From positions 7,322 through 71,321 of the forward strand of contig JACRCH010000053.1 in assembly GCA_016219115.1 (NCBI GenBank): a stretch of 64,000 nt of DNA, written 5' to 3'. Numbering within the stretch: position 1 is the stretch's first letter; every line of letters starts with the position of its first letter. The position numbers were made by a program, and so were the translations under genes. Of the stretch, positions 54,433 through 63,287 are shown in pieces. The stretch comes from Deltaproteobacteria bacterium. Lineage in GTDB: Bacteria > Desulfobacterota > GWC2-55-46. The notes beneath the pieces were generated by a model. It was not told the DNA's origin. It did not search any database and worked only from the letters and a program-made list of their open reading frames with translations.

Positions 54433-56606
54433 GTAATCTTCAAAGGTATCTCACCATCGCTGTCACGGCTGCGGTACTGCTCTTTTTAGCCCTGCAAAGC
54501 GACTATCTTGTGGCGGGGAGCATCCCGCAGATCGAACGAATCGAAAAAGCCGCGCGGGTCTTGAGCTTCGTCGGAGAGGGCTTTTTCCTCATACCCGTAG
54601 CGGTCTTTCTCTATCTGGCCGGCCTTGTGTCACGGCGTAACCGGCTCACGGACACCGGGAGGATCAGCCTGTACTCGGTGCTCGTCTCCGGGATACTCGT
54701 AAATATCCTCAAGGCCGCGTTTGAAAGGCCCCGGATCGCGCACGCGGCGGATTCGGTCCTTACCCTGCTTGAACACCCCTCCCTCTTCGACCTCGCCGGC
54801 AGGTTCAACTCGTTCCCGTCAGGGCACACCACCGTAAGCTTCGCCATGGCCATGGTGCTGGCCAAGAGATACCCCGGAGGCAGGCACATCTTTTATCTCA
54901 CGGCGGCCCTTGTAGGCGCCTCCAGGGTCTGGCTCGGCTCGCACTACCCGTCGGATGTCATGGCCGGCGCTCTTCTGGGCCTCGGTGTGGGCCATCTTCT
55001 GACGACCCGGATGCGGATAAAGGAGAAGTGGCAGGTGGCGCTCCTGGCGCTCCTTATCATATTCATATCGTTCTTCAAGTCCGGCAGCTTCCTCCTCTTC
55101 GACGTGGACGAGGCGGTGTTCTCCGAGGCGTCAAGGGAGATGGTGGAGACCGGGGACTACATAACCCCGACTTATAACTACGAGCCGCGCTACGACAAGC
55201 CGATACTCATCTACTGGCTGATGAGCGCGGCTTACGAGACCTTCGGCGTAAACGAGTTCTCCGCAAGGTTCACGTCTTCTCTGTTCGGCGCGCTTCTGGT
55301 GCTCATGACCTTCGCCTTCATAAGGCATCTTAAGGGGGCGCTCCCGGCTTTTTTCGTGGCCGCGGCGCTGCTTTTGAACATCGAGTACTTCGTATACACG
55401 CACTCCGCTGTGACCGACATGACGCTTGGGTTCTTCATCGCGGCTTCGGTCTACTCTTTTTATCTTGCCGTCCACGACGGCAACAAAAGGTGGTATACCG
55501 GCTTCTGGGCGGCGGCGGCCCTGGCGGTATTGACAAAGGGCGTCGTGGGGCTTCTCTTTCCTCTGGCCGTGGCGTTTCTATTCCTCCTGGCCACGCAGGA
55601 CTTAAAGAGGATACGGGAGCTCTTCGGGCCTTTGAACATCCTGCTCTTCTTCGCCGTTTCGGTCCCGTGGTTTGCCGCCGAGTTCTATGTGAACGGATGG
55701 GAGTTCTTCGACGCCTTCATAATCAAGCACCACATACAGAGGTACTCCGGGGTGATATCGAGCCACGGCGGGCCGCTCTATTACTATATAATCGTCCTAC
55801 TCATCGGGTTTTTCCCGTGGGTCGCGTTCCTGCCCGGCTCCGTGTACAGGGGGATCAAGTGGAGGCACAAGCCCCAGAACAACCTCTTCGTGTTCGCTTC
55901 GGTCTGGTTCCTCTTCGTCCTGGTATTTTTCACGATATCGAGGACGAAGCTGCCGAACTACATATTCCCGCTCTTCCCGTCCGCCGCCATACTGGCCGGG
56001 CTGACCATAGCCGAGCTGGCCGAGAGGAACCCGAAGGCGAGTAAGAGGGGGTTGTACCTAATGGCGCTGCTATCGCTGGCGATGGGAGCGGCGGTCTACG
56101 CCGTACCGTTCATGGAAGTGAAGATGGACGTGGCGTACTCAAGCGGCTTCTTCTTCACGGCAGGGGTAGTATTCGTCATCATAGGAGCGCTCTCTGCCAT
56201 CGCGTTCGTCTTTCCGCTGCCGTCGTTCACGGGCATAGCCGTATTGATGGCGGTCCTTGTAGTCTTCCTGAGGGTAGCGGCCCTGCCGCCGGTCAACTTA
56301 TACCTTCAAAAGACGCTGTACCTCTACTCGACTTACGCAAAAGATTCGCTCGGCAAGGATGATGTGCTCGCCACTTACGAGATAAACAAGCCCTCCATAG
56401 CCTTCTACGCCGGAAGGAAGGTCGTAAAGATCGAAAAGGCCGAGGTCTGCAACATCAAGGAATACGCCAAAAGGGCAAGGCTTGTGGTGATAACCTCGCC
56501 GTCCAAATACGACGAGCTCAAAGAGTACCAACTGAAGGTCCTCGACTCGACCCCGGAATACATGCTCCTTGCCACGGACGGGCTCGCCTCTTTTTCAAAG
56601 AGGTAG
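54429..56606 (+). CDS. PAP2 phosphatase domain fused to an ArnT/PMT-like (GT-C, family 39-like) glycosyltransferase
   Basis: PAP2 motifs KAAFERPR / PSGH / SRVWLGSHYPSD in the first 190 aa or so. The rest is a 12-13 TM GT-C body with an early DE motif (FDVDEAVFSEASREM). The TTG start overlaps the aminotransferase stop by 4 nt. Confidence 0.75.
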   Translation: MSNLQRYLTIAVTAAVLLFLALQSDYLVAGSIPQIERIEKAARVLSFVGEGFFLIPVAVFLYLAGLVSRRNRLTDTGRISLYSVLVSGILVNILKAAFERPRIAHAADSVLTLLEHPSLFDLAGRFNSFPSGHTTVSFAMAMVLAKRYPGGRHIFYLTAALVGASRVWLGSHYPSDVMAGALLGLGVGHLLTTRMRIKEKWQVALLALLIIFISFFKSGSFLLFDVDEAVFSEASREMVETGDYITPTYNYEPRYDKPILIYWLMSAAYETFGVNEFSARFTSSLFGALLVLMTFAFIRHLKGALPAFFVAAALLLNIEYFVYTHSAVTDMTLGFFIAASVYSFYLAVHDGNKRWYTGFWAAAALAVLTKGVVGLLFPLAVAFLFLLATQDLKRIRELFGPLNILLFFAVSVPWFAAEFYVNGWEFFDAFIIKHHIQRYSGVISSHGGPLYYYIIVLLIGFFPWVAFLPGSVYRGIKWRHKPQNNLFVFASVWFLFVLVFFTISRTKLPNYIFPLFPSAAILAGLTIAELAERNPKASKRGLYLMALLSLAMGAAVYAVPFMEVKMDVAYSSGFFFTAGVVFVIIGALSAIAFVFPLPSFTGIAVLMAVLVVFLRVAALPPVNLYLQKTLYLYSTYAKDSLGKDDVLATYEINKPSIAFYAGRKVVKIEKAEVCNIKEYAKRARLVVITSPSKYDELKEYQLKVLDSTPEYMLLATDGLASFSKR

Positions 56607-56615
56607 GCGCGAAAC

Positions 56616-56654
56616 AACAGAGCCTGTCAGGGGACAACCCCGACAGGCTCTGTT
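56616..56654 (+). terminator. long hairpin after the PAP2-ArnT gene (terminator candidate)
   Basis: AACAGAGCCTGTC-aggggacaacccc-GACAGGCTCTGTT, located 10 nt after the stop. It is followed by a second small hairpin, CCCCTTTCGGGGTTT, which belongs to the adjacent repeat. Confidence 0.45.
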
Positions 56655-56750
56655 AATCCCCTTTCGGGGTTTAATTAAGCGCGCTTGCCGCGAGAATTTT
56701 TGAACAGAGTTTCTAAGAATACCCCGCTGCTTGCGGCGGGGTAGTTTATC
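56655..56750 (-). repeat. diverged repeat family 2 copy in inverted orientation
   Basis: TTTCGGGGTTTAATTAAGCGCGCTTGCCGCGAG...ATACCCCGCTGCTTGCGGCGGGGTAG aligns with the reverse complement of family 2. Confidence 0.55.
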
Positions 56751-56861
56751 GTTTCCGGTTCAGCAGGTTGCGTAAAAACGCAGGCCGGATGCAATCCATG
56801 TGGTGATAAGCCGAGCCTTGGAAATGTAATTTTTCCTTGCCAGACAGAGCGACGCTCTGCA

Positions 56862-56973
56862 ATTAAAATTCTCCGCCATAAATGACGGAGAATTTTGATG
56901 GTATGGAAGATCATTTGTATTTGCCAGCCTTGACCCGCCGCTTTAGCGGCGGGTCAAGGCTGGCACACCCATT
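56862..56973 (+). repeat. repeat family 3 copy (best-preserved)
   Basis: Hairpin 1 is AAAATTCTCCG-ccataaatga-CGGAGAATTTT. Hairpin 2 is a perfect 19-bp stem, GCCAGCCTTGACCCGCCGC-ttta-GCGGCGGGTCAAGGCTGGC. Confidence 0.9.
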
Positions 56974-56988
56974 CATTCCGGCTAAATC

Positions 56989-57025
56989 GATGCTGAAAAA
57001 GCCCGGGACGGACTTTTTCAGCATC
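56989..57025 (-). terminator. 13-bp hairpin just after the glyA stop (terminator candidate)
   Basis: GATGCTGAAAAAG-cccgggacgga-CTTTTTCAGCATC, with only a weak T tract on the minus strand. Confidence 0.45.
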
Positions 57026-57028
57026 GTG

Positions 57029-58285
57029 TCAGAGGGCTGCCTTTACGAGGTCCTTGTAGAACGGGAACTTCTCGCAGAGCGCCCTGACCTCGTTCTTTAT
57101 CGCCGCGAGGGCGGCTTCATCGGCCCTATTCTTCAACGCCCTGTCGATGAAACCGGCTATCGTCTTCATCTCGGCCTGCAACATGCCTTTTGTGGTGGCC
57201 GCCGGCACGCCGATCCTTATCCCGCTGGTGACAAACGGAGAACGGGTCTCAAACGGTATGGTGTTCTTGTTGACGGTTATACCGGCCTTGACCAGGGCCT
57301 CCTCGGCCTCTTTGCCGGTTATGTCCTGCTTCGTGAGGTCAACAAGCATCATGTGGTTGTCGGTGCCGCCGGAGACCAGGTCATACCCCCTGTTCATGAG
57401 CTCTTCCGAGAGGACCCTGGCGTTTGCTATCACCTGCCTCTGGTAATCGAGGAACGACGGCAGGAGGGCCTCCTTGAAGGCTACGGCCTTGGCGGCTATG
57501 ATGTGCATCAGCGGGCCGCCCTGTATGCCGGGGAATATCGCTTTATCGACGGCCCTGGCGAACTCTTCACGGCACATTATCATGCCGCTTCTGGGGCCCC
57601 TGAGCGTCTTGTGGGTGGTCGTGGTGACGAACTCCGCCACTGGCACGGGGCTTGGGTGCAGCCCGGTGACCACGAGCCCCGCTATGTGGGCTATATCGAC
57701 CATGAGAACGGCCCCCACCTCGTCGCAGACGGACCTGAATGCCTGAAAGTCTATGATCCTCGGATAGGCGCTCGCCCCGACGACTATCATCTTAGGGCGG
57801 CGGGTCTTTGCGAGGTCCCGCACCTGGTCCATGTCTATCCTGAGGGTGTCCTTCCTTACCCCGTAGAATACTATGTTGTAGAGCTGGCCCGAGAAGTTTA
57901 CGGGGCTGCCGTGCGTGAGGTGGCCGCCGTGCGATAAGTTCATGCCCATGACGGTGTCGCCGGGTTTTACTACCGACATGTATACTGCCATGTTGGCCTG
58001 CGACCCTGAGTGCGGCTGGACGTTTACGTGGTCGCACCCGAAGAGCTTTTTGGCCCTCTCTATGGCGAGCCTCTCGGCTATGTCGACATATTCGCACCCG
58101 CCGTAGTACCGTTTTCCCGGATACCCCTCGGCGTACTTGTTCGTCATCACGCTTCCGGCGGCTTCCATGACCTCTTCGCTGACGAGGTTCTCGGAAGCTA
58201 TGAGTTCGAGCTTATACTCCTGCCTTTCGGCCTCAAGCCTTATGGCTTCGTATATTTCAGGGTCAAAATGCTTCAAACCGGACAT
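57029..58285 (-). CDS. glyA: serine hydroxymethyltransferase
   Basis: SHGGHLTHG motif and the PLP-Lys context [12 protein letters not shown]. Confidence 0.95.
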   Translation of the reverse strand: MSGLKHFDPEIYEAIRLEAERQEYKLELIASENLVSEEVMEAAGSVMTNKYAEGYPGKRYYGGCEYVDIAERLAIERAKKLFGCDHVNVQPHSGSQANMAVYMSVVKPGDTVMGMNLSHGGHLTHGSPVNFSGQLYNIVFYGVRKDTLRIDMDQVRDLAKTRRPKMIVVGASAYPRIIDFQAFRSVCDEVGAVLMVDIAHIAGLVVTGLHPSPVPVAEFVTTTTHKTLRGPRSGMIMCREEFARAVDKAIFPGIQGGPLMHIIAAKAVAFKEALLPSFLDYQRQVIANARVLSEELMNRGYDLVSGGTDNHMMLVDLTKQDITGKEAEEALVKAGITVNKNTIPFETRSPFVTSGIRIGVPAATTKGMLQAEMKTIAGFIDRALKNRADEAALAAIKNEVRALCEKFPFYKDLVKAAL

Positions 58286-58376
58286 TTTCCTACGGGCCTC
58301 CGTATCGATTGATAAACCAGCCGCCGCTTAAAACGCAGTCTTAAGAACGTAAAAAATCATAATAGATATGAGCTGT

Positions 58377-58835
58377 CTACTGTTTGTTATTGTATTTCCT
58401 CTCGATTTCGGTGATCTTATCGAGCCGTCTCTGGTGTCTGCCGCCCTCGAAGATGGCCTCTATCCAGGTCTTCAAAATCTCTCTTGCGAGCCCCTTGCCT
58501 ACGACGCGGCCGCCTATGACGAGTATGTTGGCGTCGTTATGCTCCTTTGCCATCCTGGCGGTGTAGACATCGTTGACGAGCGCCGCCCTCACGCCCCTGA
58601 ACTTGTTGGCGAGGATGCTCATCCCTATGCCGGTGCCGCAAATGAGAACACCCCTTGCGACCTCTCCTGCGGAGACCTTCTCCGCCAGCGGGATGCCGTA
58701 ATCCGGGTAGTCCACCGACTTGTCGCTGTTGGCGCCCATGTCGTGAGCCTCGATGCCGAGTGACTGCAAATACTCTTTGAGGTCCTCTTTGAGTTCCCTG
58801 CCGGCATGGTCGCTCGCTATCGCTATCTTTTCCAT
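58377..58835 (-). CDS. rpiB: ribose-5-phosphate isomerase B
   Basis: MEKIAIASDHAG.., GVLICGTGIGMSILANK. Confidence 0.9.
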   Translation of the reverse strand: MEKIAIASDHAGRELKEDLKEYLQSLGIEAHDMGANSDKSVDYPDYGIPLAEKVSAGEVARGVLICGTGIGMSILANKFRGVRAALVNDVYTARMAKEHNDANILVIGGRVVGKGLAREILKTWIEAIFEGGRHQRRLDKITEIERKYNNKQ

Positions 58836-58938
58836 CTACTCCTCTTTTGCGGCGCCCGACCGGAAGTCAAGCACCGTTGATCCATTATGGAGCCGTTTTT
58901 ACTCTTTTGCAAGCCGCGGTCTTTAAGCGGAGAGCCTT

Positions 58939-60177
58939 CTAACCATCGAACCTCTTGAATACCAGAACGCCGTTTGTCCCGCCGAACCCGAATGAGTTGG
59001 AGAGGGCCGCCTTTACCTTCACCTCTCTGGCGGTGTTAGGGACATAATCGAGGTCGCACTCCGGGTCAGGCGTCTCATAGTTTATGGTCGGGGGCAGCAC
59101 CCCATCGTGTACCGCAAGGGCGCTGAACACCGCCTCGATGCCTCCGGCTGCGCCCAACAGGTGCCCGGTCATGCCCTTGGTGGAGCTTACGGCTAGCTTT
59201 TTGGCGTGTCCTCCGAATACCGTCTTTATCGCCATCGTCTCGCAAAGGTCGTTATAATAGGTCGAAGTGCCGTGCGCGTTGATGTAGCCGATATCCTCGG
59301 GGTTGAGCCCCGAGCTCTTTAACGCGAGCGACATGCAGCGGGCCGCCCCGGCGCCATCGGGAGACGGGGTGGTCATGTGATAGGCGTCCGAGTTCATCCC
59401 GTAGCCGACGATCTCCGCATAGATCCTCGCGCCCCTCTTTTTAGCCGACTCCATCTCTTCGAGCACCACTACGCCGGCGCCTTCACCGACGACGAAGCCG
59501 TCCCTGTCCTTATCGAAGGGCCTGCTGGCCTTCCCCGGGGCGTCGTTACGGGTAGAGAGGGCCTTCATCGCGTTGAAACCGGCCACGCAGAGCGGTGTAA
59601 TTGTCGACTCGGTCCCGCCGGCTACCATCACATCAGCCTCGCCGCCCTTTATCAGCCTGTAGGCGTCGCCTATCGAGTGAGTGCCCGTGGCGCACGCCGT
59701 GACGGCGCAGCTGTTGGGACCCTTGGCCCCTATCTTTATGGAGACCTGCCCGGAGGCGAGGTTTATTATGACCATCGGTATGAAGAACGGGGTCACCCTG
59801 TCAGGGCCCTTTTCCTTCAATACGCTGTGCCAGTGCTCGATGGCCCCGAGCCCGCCGATCCCGGCGCCTATGTAGACTCCAACCCTCTCGGCGTTCTCTT
59901 CCGTCACCGTGAAACCGGAGTCCCTGTAAGCCATCAAGGCAGCGACTATGGCGTACTGGATAAAGAGGTCCATCTTCTTCAGTTCTTTCTTTTCGATAAA
60001 GTCACCGGGGTCGAAGTCAGGGACCTCCCCGGCTATCCTTACCGGGAAGTCCTTGATGTCAAACCTGGTGATCTCACGGATTCCGGAGACACCCTCTTTC
60101 GCCGCCTGCCAGGCCTTTTCGATACCTGAGCCGAGCGGGCTTACTATTCCAACGCCTGTTATGACTACTCTTTTCAT
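58939..60177 (-). CDS. fabF: 3-oxoacyl-ACP synthase II
   Basis: Active-site Cys context [22 protein letters not shown] and the GHLLGAAG C-terminal motif. Confidence 0.95.
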   Translation of the reverse strand: MKRVVITGVGIVSPLGSGIEKAWQAAKEGVSGIREITRFDIKDFPVRIAGEVPDFDPGDFIEKKELKKMDLFIQYAIVAALMAYRDSGFTVTEENAERVGVYIGAGIGGLGAIEHWHSVLKEKGPDRVTPFFIPMVIINLASGQVSIKIGAKGPNSCAVTACATGTHSIGDAYRLIKGGEADVMVAGGTESTITPLCVAGFNAMKALSTRNDAPGKASRPFDKDRDGFVVGEGAGVVVLEEMESAKKRGARIYAEIVGYGMNSDAYHMTTPSPDGAGAARCMSLALKSSGLNPEDIGYINAHGTSTYYNDLCETMAIKTVFGGHAKKLAVSSTKGMTGHLLGAAGGIEAVFSALAVHDGVLPPTINYETPDPECDLDYVPNTAREVKVKAALSNSFGFGGTNGVLVFKRFDG

Positions 60178-60454
60178 AGTTTTGATTGTGGGTCCGTTTT
60201 TAATGGAGAAAAGCCCCGGCCTGAAGCCTTGTTAAACCGGCCTTCCCGCCATAAAAACCCCTATTTTAAAAAACCCGTAAGGCACGGATTACCACGCCCT
60301 GCGGATATGGCCGGGAAAACCCCGGCCCGCGGATCTTCTTTATGTGAGTTTGTCAGGATAGGACCCGGAAGTGAAAACGGCATGACTGCCTGAAAGGGGC
60401 TGAACTATCCAGTAACATCATAAATCCCGGTCAAGCATTTGACCTTGGAATGGT

Positions 60455-60694
60455 TTACTTGGCCGATTTTTTCTGTATGTAGTCGACGGCGTCCTTTACG
60501 GTCTTTATCTTCTCGGCGTCCTCGTCGGGTATCTCTATTGAGAACTCCTCCTCGAAGGCCATTACCATCTCGACGGTATCGAGAGAGTCGGCGCCGAGGT
60601 CGTCCACGAAAGACGCCTGAGGGGTCACCTCTTCTTCAGTCACATCAAGCTGGTCTATTATTATCTTCTTGACCTTATTTTCAACTGACGACAT
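60455..60694 (-). CDS. acpP: acyl carrier protein
   Basis: 79 aa with the phosphopantetheine site [11 protein letters not shown]. Confidence 0.95.
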   Translation of the reverse strand: MSSVENKVKKIIIDQLDVTEEEVTPQASFVDDLGADSLDTVEMVMAFEEEFSIEIPDEDAEKIKTVKDAVDYIQKKSAK

Positions 60695-60879
60695 TTGAAT
60701 ACCTCCTGGTAAATATATATGTTTTTATTTTTATAACATCATGAAAACCCAACGGTTTTAAGCCGGAGAAGCCTTCATGAAAAGCCTGCCCCGAGCGCTT
60801 CAGGCCCTTGCGTTGATCCGCAAGAGGATTAACTTTACCGTATAACATCAACGGTGGTCAATGTCAATTTTAATCACGC

Positions 60880-61623
60880 CTACTGCATGACCATCCCGCC
60901 GTTTATGTTCAGCACATGGCCCGTGATGTAATTCGAGGCGTTCGAGGAGAGAAATAGCACGCCCATCGCCACGTCGTTCGCCCCTCCGAGCCTCCCCAGG
61001 GGGATCTGTTTCAAGAGGTCTTCCTTGACCTTGTCCGAAAGGGAGTCGGTCATGGCGGTCTCTATGAACCCGGGGGCCACGGCGTTAGAGGTGATGTTAC
61101 GGCTGGCGAACTCCCTGGCTATGGTCTTCGTAAGTCCGATGAGGCCTGCCTTGCTGGCTGCGTAGTTCGCCTGTCCGGCGTTACCCATGACGCCGACGAC
61201 CGAAGCGATGTTGACGACCCTGCCCCACTTCATCTTTGTCATGTACTTGAGGGCCGCCTTGGTGCAGTTGAACGCGCCCTTGAGGTTGACATTCATCACG
61301 GCGTCCCAGTCCTCTTCCTTCATGCGCAGTATCAGTCCGTCCTTCGTGATGCCGGCGTTGTTGACGAGTATGTGTATGGCCTCGAGCTCCTTGTAGACCT
61401 TCTCGGCCATATCCTCGGTCTCTTTCGTGCTTACGACATCGACCTTGAGGGCCATCGCGCGCCTGCCCATGTTCTTTATCTCTTTGGCCACCTCTTCGGC
61501 CTTTTCAAGGTTTACGTCAACCACGGCCACATCGGCGCCGTATGAGGCGAGCTTCAAGGCTATGGCTTTGCCGATACCCTGTCCGCCGCCAGTGACAATG
61601 GCCACCCTGCTGGAAAGTTGCAT
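60880..61623 (-). CDS. fabG: 3-oxoacyl-ACP reductase
   Basis: TGGGQGIG cofactor motif, YAASKAG catalytic motif, SDR fold. Confidence 0.95.
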   Translation of the reverse strand: MQLSSRVAIVTGGGQGIGKAIALKLASYGADVAVVDVNLEKAEEVAKEIKNMGRRAMALKVDVVSTKETEDMAEKVYKELEAIHILVNNAGITKDGLILRMKEEDWDAVMNVNLKGAFNCTKAALKYMTKMKWGRVVNIASVVGVMGNAGQANYAASKAGLIGLTKTIAREFASRNITSNAVAPGFIETAMTDSLSDKVKEDLLKQIPLGRLGGANDVAMGVLFLSSNASNYITGHVLNINGGMVMQ

Positions 61624-61650
61624 GTCTCCTCCTTATGAACGCCGTTTTTA

Positions 61651-61678
61651 CGCCGCCGCCCGTATACGGGCGGCGGCG
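61651..61678. other. perfect 12-bp GC hairpin in the fabD-fabG spacer
   Basis: CGCCGCCGCCCG-tata-CGGGCGGCGGCG, with no U-tract on the transcribed strand. Confidence 0.5.
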
Positions 61679-61692
61679 ATAAATCTCTTTAT

Positions 61693-61899
61693 GAACCACC
61701 CCGCGAGCCTTGCTCCGGGGTGTCTCCTTAAGCCCAGCCCTCCCTTGATGGGAGGGCTGGGCTCCCGTTGCGCTCTTCCGATGCAACGGGAAGCGGTGGG
61801 GGTGAAAACCTGTTTTCACCCCCACCCTACCCTCCCCCTCGATGGGGGAGGGTTTTTATAAGGAAACCCTGCTGGCAAGCTACAGGGAATTTTGTGATT
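61693..61899 (+). repeat. repeat family 1 copy (reference copy); its 3' end overlaps the fabD stop codon
   Basis: GAACCACCCCGCGAGCCTTGCTCCGGGGTGTCTCC / GCCCAGCCCTCCCTTGATGGGAGGGCTGGGC / CCCGTTGCGCTCTTCCGATGCAACGGG / GGGGGTGAAAACCTGTTTTCACCCCC / CCCTCCCCCTCGATGGGGGAGGG / CCCTGCTGGCAAGCTACAGGGAATTTTGTGATT. Confidence 0.9.
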
Positions 61900-62833
61900 T
61901 AAGCGCCTCAAGGACCTTTTCCATGTCCCCGGTCTCGTTGAGGCTTACGGAGGTTATCTCCTTATCGATCCTCTTTACGAGCCCCGTCAGCACCTTGCCA
62001 GGGCCGACCTCTATTATACGAGTCACCCCGTCCCTTTTCATCCTCTGTATTATATCTACCCACCTCACGGGGCTTGTAAGCTGCAGTTTCAGGAGTTCTC
62101 TCACCCTGGAGGAGTCCGTCGTCGGCTCGGCCTCGACATTTGTAAGGACCGGGATCTTAAACGCCCCGAACCTCACCTTCTTAAGCTCCGCGTCCAGCCT
62201 CTCGGCCGCCTTCTCCATCAGCGGCGAGTGCGACGGGGCGCTTACCGTAAGAAAGACCACCTTTTTGGCCCCCCTCTCTCTGGCGAGGTTGGCGGCCAGG
62301 TCGACCGCGGCGGCGTGGCCCGAGATCACTATCTGCTCCAGGGTGTTGATGTTGGCGGGCACGACACGGGCCGCGTCTATCGAGGCTGAGTCGCATATGG
62401 TAGTTACCTCCGCGAGGTCCAACCCCAGGATGGCGCACATTTTGCCGACCCCTTCGGGCACACCCTCCTGCATATACTTGCCCCTCAAATGCACAAGCCT
62501 GACCGCGTCTTTGAACTCGATGACCCCTGCGGCCACAAGGGCCGTGTACTCGCCGAGGCTGTGCCCGGAGAGGTACGCCGGTGTTATCTTCACCTTCTCG
62601 CTTAAGGCCCTGTAAGCGGCTATCCCGGCCGTGAGGAGGGCGGGCTGCGTGTTCTCGGTCCTGTCGAGCCCTTCCTGCGGGCCGACGAAGGAAAGCCGAG
62701 CTATGTCGTAGCCGAGGGCTTCGTTGGCCTCCTCGTATGTCTTTCTTGCGACTTCAAACTCGTCATGGAAGGTCTTGCCCATGCAGACGTACTGCGAGCC
62801 CTGGCCCGGGAACACAATAGCGATTTTACCCAT
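61880..62833 (-). CDS. fabD: malonyl-CoA:ACP transacylase
   Basis: FPGQGSQ and the active site GHSLGEY. The last six codons (KSQNSL) and the TAG stop lie inside the repeat at 61880-61899. Confidence 0.95.
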   Translation of the reverse strand: MGKIAIVFPGQGSQYVCMGKTFHDEFEVARKTYEEANEALGYDIARLSFVGPQEGLDRTENTQPALLTAGIAAYRALSEKVKITPAYLSGHSLGEYTALVAAGVIEFKDAVRLVHLRGKYMQEGVPEGVGKMCAILGLDLAEVTTICDSASIDAARVVPANINTLEQIVISGHAAAVDLAANLARERGAKKVVFLTVSAPSHSPLMEKAAERLDAELKKVRFGAFKIPVLTNVEAEPTTDSSRVRELLKLQLTSPVRWVDIIQRMKRDGVTRIIEVGPGKVLTGLVKRIDKEITSVSLNETGDMEKVLEALKSQNSL

Positions 62834-62957
62834 CTCTTTTGTCCTTGGCGGCTGAGATTGCGGCCGCGCGCGAAAAAACGCGGTCCGGACTGATCTTATT
62901 TACAAGTTATTTTTTTAACGGTCTGATGCCTCCCGTGCTGCAAGCCCCGGAAGGATT

Positions 62958-63134
62958 GAACCACCCCGGAGCAAGCTCCGGGGTATCTCCTTAACCCTCC
63001 CCTCCCTCGATTGCGAGGGGATCGATAGGAGGGTGAAAACATTTTTTCACCCCCACCCTACCCTCACCCTCCCCCCTCGAGGGGGAGGGTTTTACAAGGA
63101 AACCCTCTATCTTGCTACAGGGAATTTTGTGATT
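62958..63134 (+). repeat. repeat family 1 copy
   Basis: GAACCACCCCGGAGCAAGCTCCGGGGTATCTCC ... GGGTGAAAACATTTTTTCACCCCC ... CCCTCCCCCCTCGAGGGGGAGGG ... CTTGCTACAGGGAATTTTGTGATT. Confidence 0.85.
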
Positions 63135-63243
63135 GAAGAACCCTGCCATGGATGACGGGTATTCTTCACGGTAAGGCGATCGTCATTTTCACATCCCGCC
63201 TTGACCCGCTTATTGAGCGGCGGGACCGCGGCGTCCACCGTTC
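63135..63243 (+). repeat. repeat family 3 copy, directly abutting family 1
   Basis: GAAGAACCCTGCCATGGATGACGGGTATTCTTCACGGTAAGGCGATCGTCATTTTCACATCCCGCCTTGACCCGCTTATTGAGCGGCGGGACCGCGG.. Confidence 0.75.
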
Positions 63244-63287
63244 ATATCTGAATCCTAAAAAACACAAAAGCGGTCGAGCGCGCCGGA

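Noticed and set aside
61651-61678. The GC hairpin between fabD and fabG as an intrinsic terminator.
   Set aside because: No U-tract follows it on the transcribed (minus) strand, and fabD-fabG are normally co-transcribed. It is more likely another palindromic module or an mRNA stability element.
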